This document shows positions 36,714-45,152 of a stretch of 64,000 bases of DNA, one piece after another. A model generated the notes under the pieces. That model ran no database searches. It was not told where the DNA came from and saw nothing but the letters and a program-made list of their open reading frames with translations. Numbering within the stretch: the stretch's first letter is position 1; every line of letters begins with the position of its first letter. This stretch comes from Clostridia bacterium (GTDB lineage: Bacteria > Bacillota > Clostridia > Oscillospirales > Acutalibacteraceae), in assembly GCA_017436255.1 (NCBI GenBank), contig JAFSDK010000038.1:388-64387 (forward strand), read 5' to 3'. The position numbers and the translations under genes were made by a program.

Positions 36714-37634
36714 CTATAACTTCTTTATCGCACGCAGAATCGCGCTTCTGCTACGCGGATTATCTTCAAGTTCTTCCCTTGACGCCATTATTGGCTTTCG
36801 ATTCACGAGTTCACCTCGAGGTGTCTTACCGCACACACATACCGGAAAATCGGACGGACAGGTGCAACCCGTGCAAAACTCTTTAAATTTAAGTTTAACC
36901 ATTCTATCTTCTAACGAATGGAAAGTTATTATCGACAGCACACCGCCGCCATTTAGCAAATTAAATGCTTTCGATATAGCCTCTTCGAGACTTTCAAGTT
37001 CGCCGTTTACGGCAATTCTTAACGCTTGGAAACATTTTCTGGCAGGATGTCCGTCACGTCTTGCAAATGCCGGAACTGCAGAAGCTATTATTTCCGCGAG
37101 TTGTGTTGTTGTTTCTATAGGTGTGTTTTCGCGTTCTTTTACAATTCTCTGTGCGATTTTGTAAGAGAATTTTTCTTCACCATATTTTGTAAAAATTTCT
37201 GTAAGTTCACTAACGGAATAAGTGTTCACCATATCCGCAGCAGTAATGCCGTCTTTGCTCATTCGCATATCAAGCGGTGCTTCCTTGTGATAAGAAAATC
37301 CTCGCTCTGCAGTATCAAGTTGAAAAGACGAAACGCCTAAGTCAAGTAAAATTCCATCAACCTTGTCTATTCCCTCTTCTTTTAAGACAACGTCCATATC
37401 CTTAAAATTCGTCTTAATAACTTTTGCAGGTAATCCACTTAATCTTTCGGTTGCGGTTTTAACGGCATCAGGGTCACGGTCAAGAGCGTACAAAAAACCA
37501 TTTTTTAGTTTTTGTGCAATACCTTTTGAATGTCCCGCGCCACCTGCGGTGCCATCAACATAAATACCATCGGGTTTTATACTTAACGATTCTATTACCT
37601 CATCAAATAAAACCGACTTGTGATTAAACTCCAT
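36714..37634 (-). CDS. rsmH: 16S rRNA (cytosine1402-N4)-methyltransferase
   Basis: HKSVLFDEV, DGTAGGAGHS, DLGVSSFQLD. Confidence 0.9.
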   Translation of the reverse strand: MEFNHKSVLFDEVIESLSIKPDGIYVDGTAGGAGHSKGIAQKLKNGFLYALDRDPDAVKTATERLSGLPAKVIKTNFKDMDVVLKEEGIDKVDGILLDLGVSSFQLDTAERGFSYHKEAPLDMRMSKDGITAADMVNTYSVSELTEIFTKYGEEKFSYKIAQRIVKERENTPIETTTQLAEIIASAVPAFARRDGHPARKCFQALRIAVNGELESLEEAISKAFNLLNGGGVLSIITFHSLEDRMVKLKFKEFCTGCTCPSDFPVCVCGKTPRGELVNRKPIMASREELEDNPRSRSAILRAIKKL

Positions 37635-37645
37635 ACGCTATCACC

Positions 37646-38068
37646 TTAAAGTTGGAATTTATCGGCATCTGCGAAAATGTCTTCAGGAGTGAACACGTCT
37701 TCCTCTGCCCAAAGTTCGCTTGCCCAGAGTTCAACGTATGAGTTCATACCTATCAAATGGGCGTTGCCTTGAAGTGAAGCATATTCTCTTAGTGACGGCG
37801 GAATAAGTATTCTGCCCTGAGCATCAAACTCAACGTTAAACGCACCGTCAAAAATAAATCTTTTAATACCGCTTGCTTGTGATGACGGAAGCTCTGAAAT
37901 TTTAGCAACCAACTTTTCCCATTCGCTAAAGGGATAAACACACAAACAACGCTTTCCGCTGATACCACGGCATATAATAAAGGTTTCACCTAGATCGTCT
38001 CTAAACTTGGCCGGAATGAAAACTCGACCCTTTTTATCAACGTTATGGTCATAACCACCGTACAACAT
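37646..38068 (-). CDS. mraZ: Transcriptional regulator MraZ
   Basis: Duplicated DxxGR motifs (DKKGRVFIPAKFR, DAQGRILIPPSLR). Confidence 0.9.
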   Translation of the reverse strand: MLYGGYDHNVDKKGRVFIPAKFRDDLGETFIICRGISGKRCLCVYPFSEWEKLVAKISELPSSQASGIKRFIFDGAFNVEFDAQGRILIPPSLREYASLQGNAHLIGMNSYVELWASELWAEEDVFTPEDIFADADKFQL

Positions 38069-38089
38069 CGAATTTTCACCTCCATTTTA

Positions 38090-38137
38090 ACCACTTTGAT
38101 CCACTTCAATGTATTTTTGTGACACTTTTCACCACTT
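38090..38137 (-). promoter_or_regulatory. Putative MraZ operator: tandem AAAGTG(G/T)-type decamer repeats
   Basis: The minus strand reads AAAGTGGTGA AAAGTGTCAC AAAAATACAT TGAAGTGGAT CAAAGTGGTT. Four of five about-10-bp-spaced units match AAAGTG(G/T), directly upstream of the mraZ RBS. Confidence 0.5.
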
Positions 38138-38211
38138 TTGTCATCATTATAACTCACTTTTCATAAAAAATCAATAGTTTTTTATAATTTTTTTGAAAAA
38201 TAAAAAAGGGT

Positions 38212-38247
38212 CAAATCACGTGGATTCGACCCTTTTTAAAGGTTATA
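38212..38247. terminator. Bidirectional terminator
   Basis: AAAGGGTC..AATC-ACGTG-GATT..GACCCTTT with flanking A- and T-runs. Confidence 0.65.
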
Positions 38248-38252
38248 TTTTA

Positions 38253-38681
38253 TTAAAACATTATATATACTTTATATTCTTGTCGGCAGTTTGGGCATCG
38301 CACTGTGTGATGTCCGCGACGTATTGGAAGCCTTGCAACACTTTTGCAATTAGGACAGGTTCTGTATCGTTTTTTGCCTATATCCTTAACCCTTCTAAAA
38401 AACAGTTTAATTTTTGGCTCTGCCCTGCCAATCGTTCGCAAATAAAAATTATTCTCACGTTGTCTGGCATTTATATTGCGCGAAAGCACACGTAATACAA
38501 AAACAACTAAAAGTGCCATTTGCACCGAATACAAAACAATTTTAGCAGTACCCTGTACAAAAATATTTGAAACAGCAACCAACAAATATATCAGAAGCAA
38601 AAACTTACCTAAAGCATCAAATCCGTAACGGCCATACATAAACCGTGAAATTTTTTCGAAAAAACGATACATTGTACTCAC
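38253..38681 (-). CDS. Membrane protein with a C-terminal zinc ribbon
   Basis: Two TM helices, then CPNC-x18-CPNC. Confidence 0.6.
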   Translation of the reverse strand: MSTMYRFFEKISRFMYGRYGFDALGKFLLLIYLLVAVSNIFVQGTAKIVLYSVQMALLVVFVLRVLSRNINARQRENNFYLRTIGRAEPKIKLFFRRVKDIGKKRYRTCPNCKSVARLPIRRGHHTVRCPNCRQEYKVYIMF

Positions 38682-38735
38682 TCCATTTCATATTGATTAT
38701 AACACTAATTTATGAATAAATATACATTTTTAAAT

Positions 38736-38769
38736 AAAAAAGCGCATTCGACAAATTTGCCGAATGCGT
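38736..38769 (-). terminator. Terminator after kdgK
   Basis: GCGCATTCG / CGAATGCGT stem; 6-nt T-run on the minus strand. Confidence 0.65.
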
Positions 38770-38781
38770 TTCTTATTTATT

Positions 38782-39804
38782 TTATCTTTGTACTCTACCC
38801 GAGCCGTCGCCACCTGCAAGTTTTTCAATTTCAGCAACGCCTACGCGGTTATAGTCGCCCTCCACCGAGTGCTTAAGAGCCGATGCAGCAACCGCAAACT
38901 CAATAGATTCTTGAGTTGATTTGCCTGAAAGCAATGCGTAAATTAGACCTCCGCCGAAACTATCGCCACCGCCTACACGGTCAACTATGCGAAGATGATA
39001 TGTTTTTGAGAAGCAATAATCTTCACCATCATAAAGCATACCTGCCCAATCGTTATCACTGGCAGAGATAGAGGTACGAAGAGTAATTGCAACCTTTTCA
39101 AAACCAAACTTATCCATAAGCTGTTTTGCAACAGATTTATAGCCTTCGTGATTAAGTTTACCGCCGTAAATATCGGTGTCTTCCGCCTCAATACCAAATA
39201 CATCCTTAGCATCCTCTTCATTAGAGATACATACATCAACGTACTGACAAAGGTCGGTCATAGCCGCTCTTGCTTCATCGCGTGTCCAAAGTTTACCACG
39301 ATAGTTAAGGTCACACGAAATCTTTACACCCTTTGCCTTTGCGGCAATACAAGCCTGACGGCAAATTTCAACAACATTAGCACCAAGCGCAGGAGTGATG
39401 CCTGTAAAGTGGAACCAATCAGCGCCCTCAAAAATGCTATCCCAATCGAAATCAGTCACAGAAGCCTCTTGAATTGCAGAATGGGCACGGTCATATATAC
39501 AAACCGAACCACGTTGTGATGCACCTTTTTCCAAGAAATAAATGCCTACCCTCTCACCACCGCGAACAATTTTAGAAGTATCTACACCAAAATAGCGAAG
39601 TGAGTTAACAGCGGCTTGACCGATAGCATGTTTAGGAAGTTTTGTAACATATACGCTATCCATACCATAGTTAGCAAGCGAAACTGCTACGTTAGCTTCG
39701 CCACCGCCAAAAGTTGCTTGCATTTGGTCGTTCTGAAAAAAACGATAATAACCATTAGGTGCCAAACGAAGCATAATTTCACCAAAAGTAACAATTCTAG
39801 CCAT
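38782..39804 (-). CDS. kdgK: 2-dehydro-3-deoxygluconokinase (PfkB family)
   Basis: MARIVTFGEIMLRL..., DRVGGGDSFGGGLIYALL; overlaps the eda gene. Confidence 0.8.
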   Translation of the reverse strand: MARIVTFGEIMLRLAPNGYYRFFQNDQMQATFGGGEANVAVSLANYGMDSVYVTKLPKHAIGQAAVNSLRYFGVDTSKIVRGGERVGIYFLEKGASQRGSVCIYDRAHSAIQEASVTDFDWDSIFEGADWFHFTGITPALGANVVEICRQACIAAKAKGVKISCDLNYRGKLWTRDEARAAMTDLCQYVDVCISNEEDAKDVFGIEAEDTDIYGGKLNHEGYKSVAKQLMDKFGFEKVAITLRTSISASDNDWAGMLYDGEDYCFSKTYHLRIVDRVGGGDSFGGGLIYALLSGKSTQESIEFAVAASALKHSVEGDYNRVGVAEIEKLAGGDGSGRVQR

Positions 39805-40444
39805 TTTTTCTTGCCTCCTTAACTATTTCAACCGACTGTTTGCAAAGGTCGATTATTTCGTCCCATTTTTGATTTTCAATAAGTTCGGCAGTAACCATAT
39901 ACGAACCGCCGCAAGCGCATATAACCGATGCACTTAAATATTCCTTTAAATTGCCAAGCGAAATACCACCTGTTGGCATAACCTTAAACATTGGGAACGG
40001 AGCGCTCATTGCCTTAATTTTAGAAAGACCGCCCGACTGCTCTGCCGGAAAGAATTTTAATACTTCAAGACCTAACTTGTACGCCTTATGATAATCTGTA
40101 GGTGTTGTGCAACCCGGATATATCGGTATATTCTTTTCTTTACAATAAACAACAAGTTCTTCATCAAGACCGGGTGTAACAATAAACTCTGCACCTGCAG
40201 CAATAGCTTTATCTATCTGTTCGGTTGTTAAAACCGTACCTGCACCAACTAACATTTCAGGACAAGCCTGTTTCATAAGTGCAATAGCCTTATCAGCACC
40301 TGCCGCACGAAAAGTAACCTCTGCAACCGGTACACCGCCTTCGCACAATGCTTTTGCCAAGGGAGCAGCATCTCTTTCGGGATTAGTAAGTTTAATTACC
40401 GGAACAACGCCGATGTTTGAAATCGCCTCATTAATACCAGACAT
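39797..40444 (-). CDS. eda: KDPG / KHG aldolase
   Basis: VVPVIKL, VAEVTFR, KFFPAE motifs. Confidence 0.8.
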   Translation of the reverse strand: MSGINEAISNIGVVPVIKLTNPERDAAPLAKALCEGGVPVAEVTFRAAGADKAIALMKQACPEMLVGAGTVLTTEQIDKAIAAGAEFIVTPGLDEELVVYCKEKNIPIYPGCTTPTDYHKAYKLGLEVLKFFPAEQSGGLSKIKAMSAPFPMFKVMPTGGISLGNLKEYLSASVICACGGSYMVTAELIENQKWDEIIDLCKQSVEIVKEARKNG

Positions 40445-40588
40445 AACTTAAACACTCCGTTTTCATAAAATTTTCTGATTTTAGTATAGCACAATCAATT
40501 TTACCTTTCAATAATCATTATTTTAAATAAGTGAAAATTTTTAATATTTTTTGTAATATTTTAATGCGTTATTTTTACACCTAAAAAT

Positions 40589-40622
40589 ACAAAAAATAAC
40601 ATACCGCATTTGGTATGTTATT
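40589..40622 (-). terminator. Terminator of the lipid operon
   Basis: AATAACATACC-GCATTT-GGTATGTTATT, followed by TTTTTT on the minus strand; overlaps the stop of the LRAT-like gene. Confidence 0.75.
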
Positions 40623-41025
40623 TCTTTTTAATCTTATTTCTTATTTCAGCACGAACACTATCAACAAATCCTGATTTTGATTCGCCAAAAATACATTCAT
40701 TAACAAAATGTTCGCAGTTATTGTGTAAGATATTATATCCGTCTTCCCCAACACGTGACAATGCAATTTTTACCGCTTTTTCATTACTGTGTTTACGTAC
40801 ACGCTCCGAAATCGAAAACTCGGCCTTTTCAACCGCACTGCCATTTCTAAAGGTGTCGATATCGGTTGTAATAACCTTTATTTCCTCGGGGGCAATGCCT
40901 GTGTTATCGGGCATGCCGAACTGAACTACGCATTGTTCGTCCACAAATATGCCGTAGTGATAGTAAAACTTCACCTTAACGCGAACAACGTCACCGTATT
41001 GAGGTGCATTGGCACTCCACTTCAT
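40618..41025 (-). CDS. LRAT / NlpC-P60 (NC-domain) acyltransferase-phospholipase-like protein
   Basis: His box FYYHYGIFV and catalytic Cys box LHNNCEHFVNEC. Confidence 0.7.
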   Translation of the reverse strand: MKWSANAPQYGDVVRVKVKFYYHYGIFVDEQCVVQFGMPDNTGIAPEEIKVITTDIDTFRNGSAVEKAEFSISERVRKHSNEKAVKIALSRVGEDGYNILHNNCEHFVNECIFGESKSGFVDSVRAEIRNKIKKK

Positions 41026-41035
41026 ATAATATCAC

Positions 41036-41284
41036 CTAAATGTTAGCTTCAATTTTTTTAACTACGTCTCCAATAGTTCTTAGTGACACAAAGTCTTCAT
41101 TTGTAAAACGCACACCAAATTCTTCTTCTACCGCCATAGCCATATATAAAAGTCCTATTGAATTCATACCAATATCTTCAATTAAGCGTGTTTCTTCAGT
41201 TAAAGAATCGACCTTTAGTTCACCTTCAAAAACGCTGTTAAACAGTTCTGTAAGACGCTCGATAATATTATTTTGATTGCTCAT
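41036..41284 (-). CDS. Acyl carrier protein
   Basis: 82 aa from MSNQNN; IEDIGMNSIGLLYMAMAVEEEF (Ser in the helix-2 position). Confidence 0.7.
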   Translation of the reverse strand: MSNQNNIIERLTELFNSVFEGELKVDSLTEETRLIEDIGMNSIGLLYMAMAVEEEFGVRFTNEDFVSLRTIGDVVKKIEANI

Positions 41285-41924
41285 ATACCTTCTTACACTC
41301 CTCCATTTTTTCAAGCAGTTGTTCTGAAAGCACTGCTATGTCACTAACCGACGGAAAACGTTTATTGCATTTTTCACGACAGTTAAACTCATCCCCAATT
41401 ACAACCTTTTGTCTGTTCCACCAATGTTTTCTTTTTAAGGTGTAAGCAGGAACGATAGGCACACCCGCCTGCATAGAAATTAAAATTGCTCCCGATTTGA
41501 TTTTATCAACCTCGCCATTAGCCGTTATACCACCCTGTGGGAACATACTTAAAAGTTTTCCACTTTTGAGTAAATCTACACATTTACGTATCGCATTTAT
41601 ATCGGATATATCTCGGTCAATCTTAATACAACCCATACCTTTTAGCAAAACTTCAACTAATTTATTTCTCATAACCTCTTTGGCGGCTAGAAAGAACACT
41701 CTGCGATACCAAAAGGTAGTGCCAATTAAAAATGGGTCAGAAAAACCTGTATGATTTGAAACTACAATAACACCGCCTTTTAGACGTTTAGTATATTTTC
41801 CGCCCGAAACATGTATACGCTTATGACGATAAATTGGCATAAGGACACTACACACTAGACGACCTGCATCCATCGGTAAAAATCTAAAAGGGTTTTTACG
41901 TTCTTTATTTTGCATTGTTTTCAA
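41268..41924 (-). CDS. PlsC/LPLAT-family acyltransferase
   Basis: HX4D motif SNHTGFSDP and MFPQGG block. The start is TTG 41924 or ATG 41915. Confidence 0.75.
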   Translation of the reverse strand: MKTMQNKERKNPFRFLPMDAGRLVCSVLMPIYRHKRIHVSGGKYTKRLKGGVIVVSNHTGFSDPFLIGTTFWYRRVFFLAAKEVMRNKLVEVLLKGMGCIKIDRDISDINAIRKCVDLLKSGKLLSMFPQGGITANGEVDKIKSGAILISMQAGVPIVPAYTLKRKHWWNRQKVVIGDEFNCREKCNKRFPSVSDIAVLSEQLLEKMEECKKVYEQSK

Positions 41925-42549
41925 GAAACTCCTTTAAATCTGCCACCTTTTGTTCAAGCAACTCGGTTAAGCGATTAATTTCTTCCTCGTTTGGATTTTT
42001 TTCGTTACAACACTCGTGTATATCAATAGGTGTGCCAATAACAACGCTTGCTCGCTTAAAGAGTCCGTAATTGCCATCAGTATATATAGGCACAATTTTA
42101 GCATCGGAATGTAAAGCAATGTAGGTAATGCTTGGTTTGAATGGCCAACCTTTGCCGCCTACGGGCAAACGTCCCTCTGGGAAAACACCAACAGTGCCAC
42201 CCTCATCAAGCACCTTTATTGATTCCTGCATAAACCCAAAATCATAGGTGTCACGATTTACGTATATACCGCCTATGCCAAATAAAAACGATGCAAACAA
42301 CTTGCCTTTGTTAAACAAAACCTCTGCCATCAAAAACCTTATGGTTCTACCAAAAAAGATACATAAATAGAGTACAAAGTCCATCAAGGACTTATGATTA
42401 GACATAAGTATGCATCCTTTAGGAAGTCGACGCGATTGTTTTTTCTTATCAACATAATAAATTTTGGGTTTAAAAAACAATAGTGCAAGCGGCACCCCCG
42501 TTAGTTTCACAAACCACAAAAGCAGCAAATTAACCTTTTTTTGCTTCAT
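41905..42549 (-). CDS. PlsC/LPLAT-family acyltransferase
   Basis: HX4D motif SNHKSLMDF and VFPEGR block. Confidence 0.75.
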   Translation of the reverse strand: MKQKKVNLLLLWFVKLTGVPLALLFFKPKIYYVDKKKQSRRLPKGCILMSNHKSLMDFVLYLCIFFGRTIRFLMAEVLFNKGKLFASFLFGIGGIYVNRDTYDFGFMQESIKVLDEGGTVGVFPEGRLPVGGKGWPFKPSITYIALHSDAKIVPIYTDGNYGLFKRASVVIGTPIDIHECCNEKNPNEEEINRLTELLEQKVADLKEFLENNAK

Positions 42550-42551
42550 AG

Positions 42552-44456
42552 TTAGATGTACCTTTCTATATATGCGCTGATATCGCGCACGGTATATGCG
42601 TAATTTTCTCCATCCTGCGCCGATACGCTAAACTCGTTAGCAAGCGCCGACAATATTGAAAAATATTGTAAACTTGTCGCTCCCAAATCAATCATTATAT
42701 GGGCATCGTAATCAATATCTTCTAAATTTAAAGATAAAACATCTGCAATAATCTCGGCAACCTTTTTAGCAATTGGATTTTCATCAGCAATGTCATTTGC
42801 TACTTCGGTTTTATTAAACGGCAATAAATTAACGGCGCCGTTATCTATTGCTCTTTGGAGATATTTACGGCTTACTTTAATTGCGGTTTCGGCGGACAAC
42901 GCATCATAGGTCATATAGAATTTACGCACCTGCATAGTAAGCGGCAACATTGAATTTATTTTTTCTAATTCATGTTTTAGAGCAATAATTCTTTCGGATG
43001 ATAAATACTTACTAATCTGCGCTACAAGGCACAACTCCTCATGCGAGTCAACAGACAAGCCTAAAACCGAAAGTGCTATAACATCCTTCACGTTAAAGAA
43101 ATTTTCAACAGTATCAGGGTTTATATTTTCGCCATTTTCGCCAATAACTACGTCGCTTTGTCTTCCTACCACGTAATAATAACCCTTTTCATCGCAATTA
43201 ACTATATCACCCGTTTTAAACCAACCATCAGTAACGATTTCTTGGTCTCCTTTTATCCTTCTAATACAAACCGATTCGCCTTTAATGTAAAGCACACCAT
43301 CTTCATCAACTTTATACTCTGCCGATTCAAACGGCAAACCAATTGATGCCAAGTTTCTATCGGCTGGACGGTCGCGAAACTCAACCGAAGCAATGCCGAT
43401 TTCACTCATACCGTAACCATTATGTAATGCATAGCCAATTCCATTAAAAAGTTCAAGGGTTGATTTTCTTATAAAACTACCGCCACTAATAAGGAACTGC
43501 ACACTTTGACCAAAAATCTGATCAGTAACGTCGGACATAATTTTCTTAGAAATCTTAGTGCCAAAATATGGAAAAGCATTCTGCAATTTCGTGCAAAGCC
43601 TAATACCCTTATTTAATTTTTCAAGTTTTCCTTGTTGTGTAGCATTATTAAGCACCTTTTTCTCAATCGTATGCCAAAGTAATGGTACGGCAAAAATATG
43701 TGTGACTTCGTGCCTGCGACAAGTGTTTAAAATCGTTTCGGGTGCCATATCATTTAAAAACACCAATGTCCTACCAAAAAAAGTAAACCAAAAATATACG
43801 GCACACAAACCGAAAATATGATAGAAAGGTAAAAAAGCTAATATTTTTAATTGGCCCTTATAGTGTTTCGTAATTCGCCTATTGTCTTTTACTATTTTTT
43901 CAGAATTTAAAATTTGCGCTGAAATAGACCTGCCATCATAAATACAAATAGTTTCATTTAGCGAGGTTGCCGAAGTTGCAATCGCAATTTCATTTTCAAA
44001 TTCGGCATCGCAAATATCTGACTCAGGCAGTGAAGAAAATTCTATGTAATCTAGGTCAAGTGTACCTTTTTTATCGCAAATAACTTTATCGATATTAAGC
44101 GTTTCAAAAATTCTTTTGGTGATACTATCAGGATGTCTTGTATTAACTAAATATGGTTTATTACCACTCTTTAAAATTCCCCAAAAAGCCGCAATCCAAT
44201 CCACTCCGTTTTCCATCTGCAAACCGACCCATCCATGTGTGTCACCAATTTTAGCATAAATAGCGTTGGCCGCTGACTCACAACGTTTAAAAATATCACC
44301 ATATGAGTACTTATAGGTGCGAAAACCATCGTTACCCTCTGCCATAACATAGCTGGCATTAGAAAAAGTGATTTCGTAAATGGATTTAAAATCTCTTTTT
44401 GAGTTTTTTAAAGCATTTGCATTCTTTTTAATTAAAATTTTAAGTTCTTTTTTCAT
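42552..44456 (-). CDS. ANL adenylate-forming enzyme fused to a C-terminal carrier-protein domain (fatty acyl-AMP ligase-like)
   Basis: YGMSE, WFKTGD and GRQSDVVIGENGENINP motifs. C-terminal carrier domain MIDLGATSLQYFSIL. The A3 P-loop is degenerate (TSATSLNE). I chose the start at MKKELKIL. Confidence 0.75.
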   Translation of the reverse strand: MKKELKILIKKNANALKNSKRDFKSIYEITFSNASYVMAEGNDGFRTYKYSYGDIFKRCESAANAIYAKIGDTHGWVGLQMENGVDWIAAFWGILKSGNKPYLVNTRHPDSITKRIFETLNIDKVICDKKGTLDLDYIEFSSLPESDICDAEFENEIAIATSATSLNETICIYDGRSISAQILNSEKIVKDNRRITKHYKGQLKILAFLPFYHIFGLCAVYFWFTFFGRTLVFLNDMAPETILNTCRRHEVTHIFAVPLLWHTIEKKVLNNATQQGKLEKLNKGIRLCTKLQNAFPYFGTKISKKIMSDVTDQIFGQSVQFLISGGSFIRKSTLELFNGIGYALHNGYGMSEIGIASVEFRDRPADRNLASIGLPFESAEYKVDEDGVLYIKGESVCIRRIKGDQEIVTDGWFKTGDIVNCDEKGYYYVVGRQSDVVIGENGENINPDTVENFFNVKDVIALSVLGLSVDSHEELCLVAQISKYLSSERIIALKHELEKINSMLPLTMQVRKFYMTYDALSAETAIKVSRKYLQRAIDNGAVNLLPFNKTEVANDIADENPIAKKVAEIIADVLSLNLEDIDYDAHIMIDLGATSLQYFSILSALANEFSVSAQDGENYAYTVRDISAYIERYI

Positions 44457-44553
44457 AGTAACACCTTGAATCGACAAACTATCTCTGTTATTATATAAGT
44501 AAATATTACTAAAGTCAAGTTTCATAAGTAGCAAATGGGTGGTGTGCCGTTTT

Positions 44554-45117
44554 ATGTTTTGTTTATACACGTACGATGAATTTAATCAAGATAATTACAA
44601 CAAATGCCTTGCACTTATGGAGCCTGAACGCAGAGAGAAAATACTAACCGGTAAACATAAATCAACGCGCGATATGTCGATATTTGGTGAATGGATGGTA
44701 AAAACAGAACTTTCTAAGATTTCGGGTATTTCTATAGAAAAAATCAACATTGCGCGCACCTCAAAAGGCAAGCCCTATGCCGTAAACCTACCATATCATT
44801 TCAGCATAAGTCACTGTGAAAATCTACTAGCGATAGCCATTGATAAAAAAGAAATTGGAATAGACATTGAAATTATTAAACCGCTTAAAAGTGACGTAAC
44901 AAAAATGTTATGCACAAAAAGTGATATGTTGTTTTTAAAAAGTGCCGAAACTGAAGCTGAACAACTGCTACGTTTTTATAAAATTTGGACCGCTAAAGAA
45001 GCCTACTTTAAAATGCTGGGAAGCGGTATTACAAATTTAAAAAGTATCAATTACAACGACATTAAACTACAACACATCATCAAAGACAATTGCATAATAT
45101 CCATAGTACAAGCATAA
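44554..45117 (+). CDS. Sfp-type 4-prime-phosphopantetheinyl transferase
   Basis: KGKPY...FSISHC, IGIDIE, WTAKEAYFKMLG. Divergent from the lipid operon. Confidence 0.8.
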   Translation: MFCLYTYDEFNQDNYNKCLALMEPERREKILTGKHKSTRDMSIFGEWMVKTELSKISGISIEKINIARTSKGKPYAVNLPYHFSISHCENLLAIAIDKKEIGIDIEIIKPLKSDVTKMLCTKSDMLFLKSAETEAEQLLRFYKIWTAKEAYFKMLGSGITNLKSINYNDIKLQHIIKDNCIISIVQA

Positions 45118-45121
45118 AATT

Positions 45122-45152
45122 AAGGTGATTACCTGGCGGTAATCACCTTTTT
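45122..45152 (+). terminator. Terminator after the PPTase gene
   Basis: AAGGTGATTAC-CTGGCG-GTAATCACCTT followed by TTT. Confidence 0.65.
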
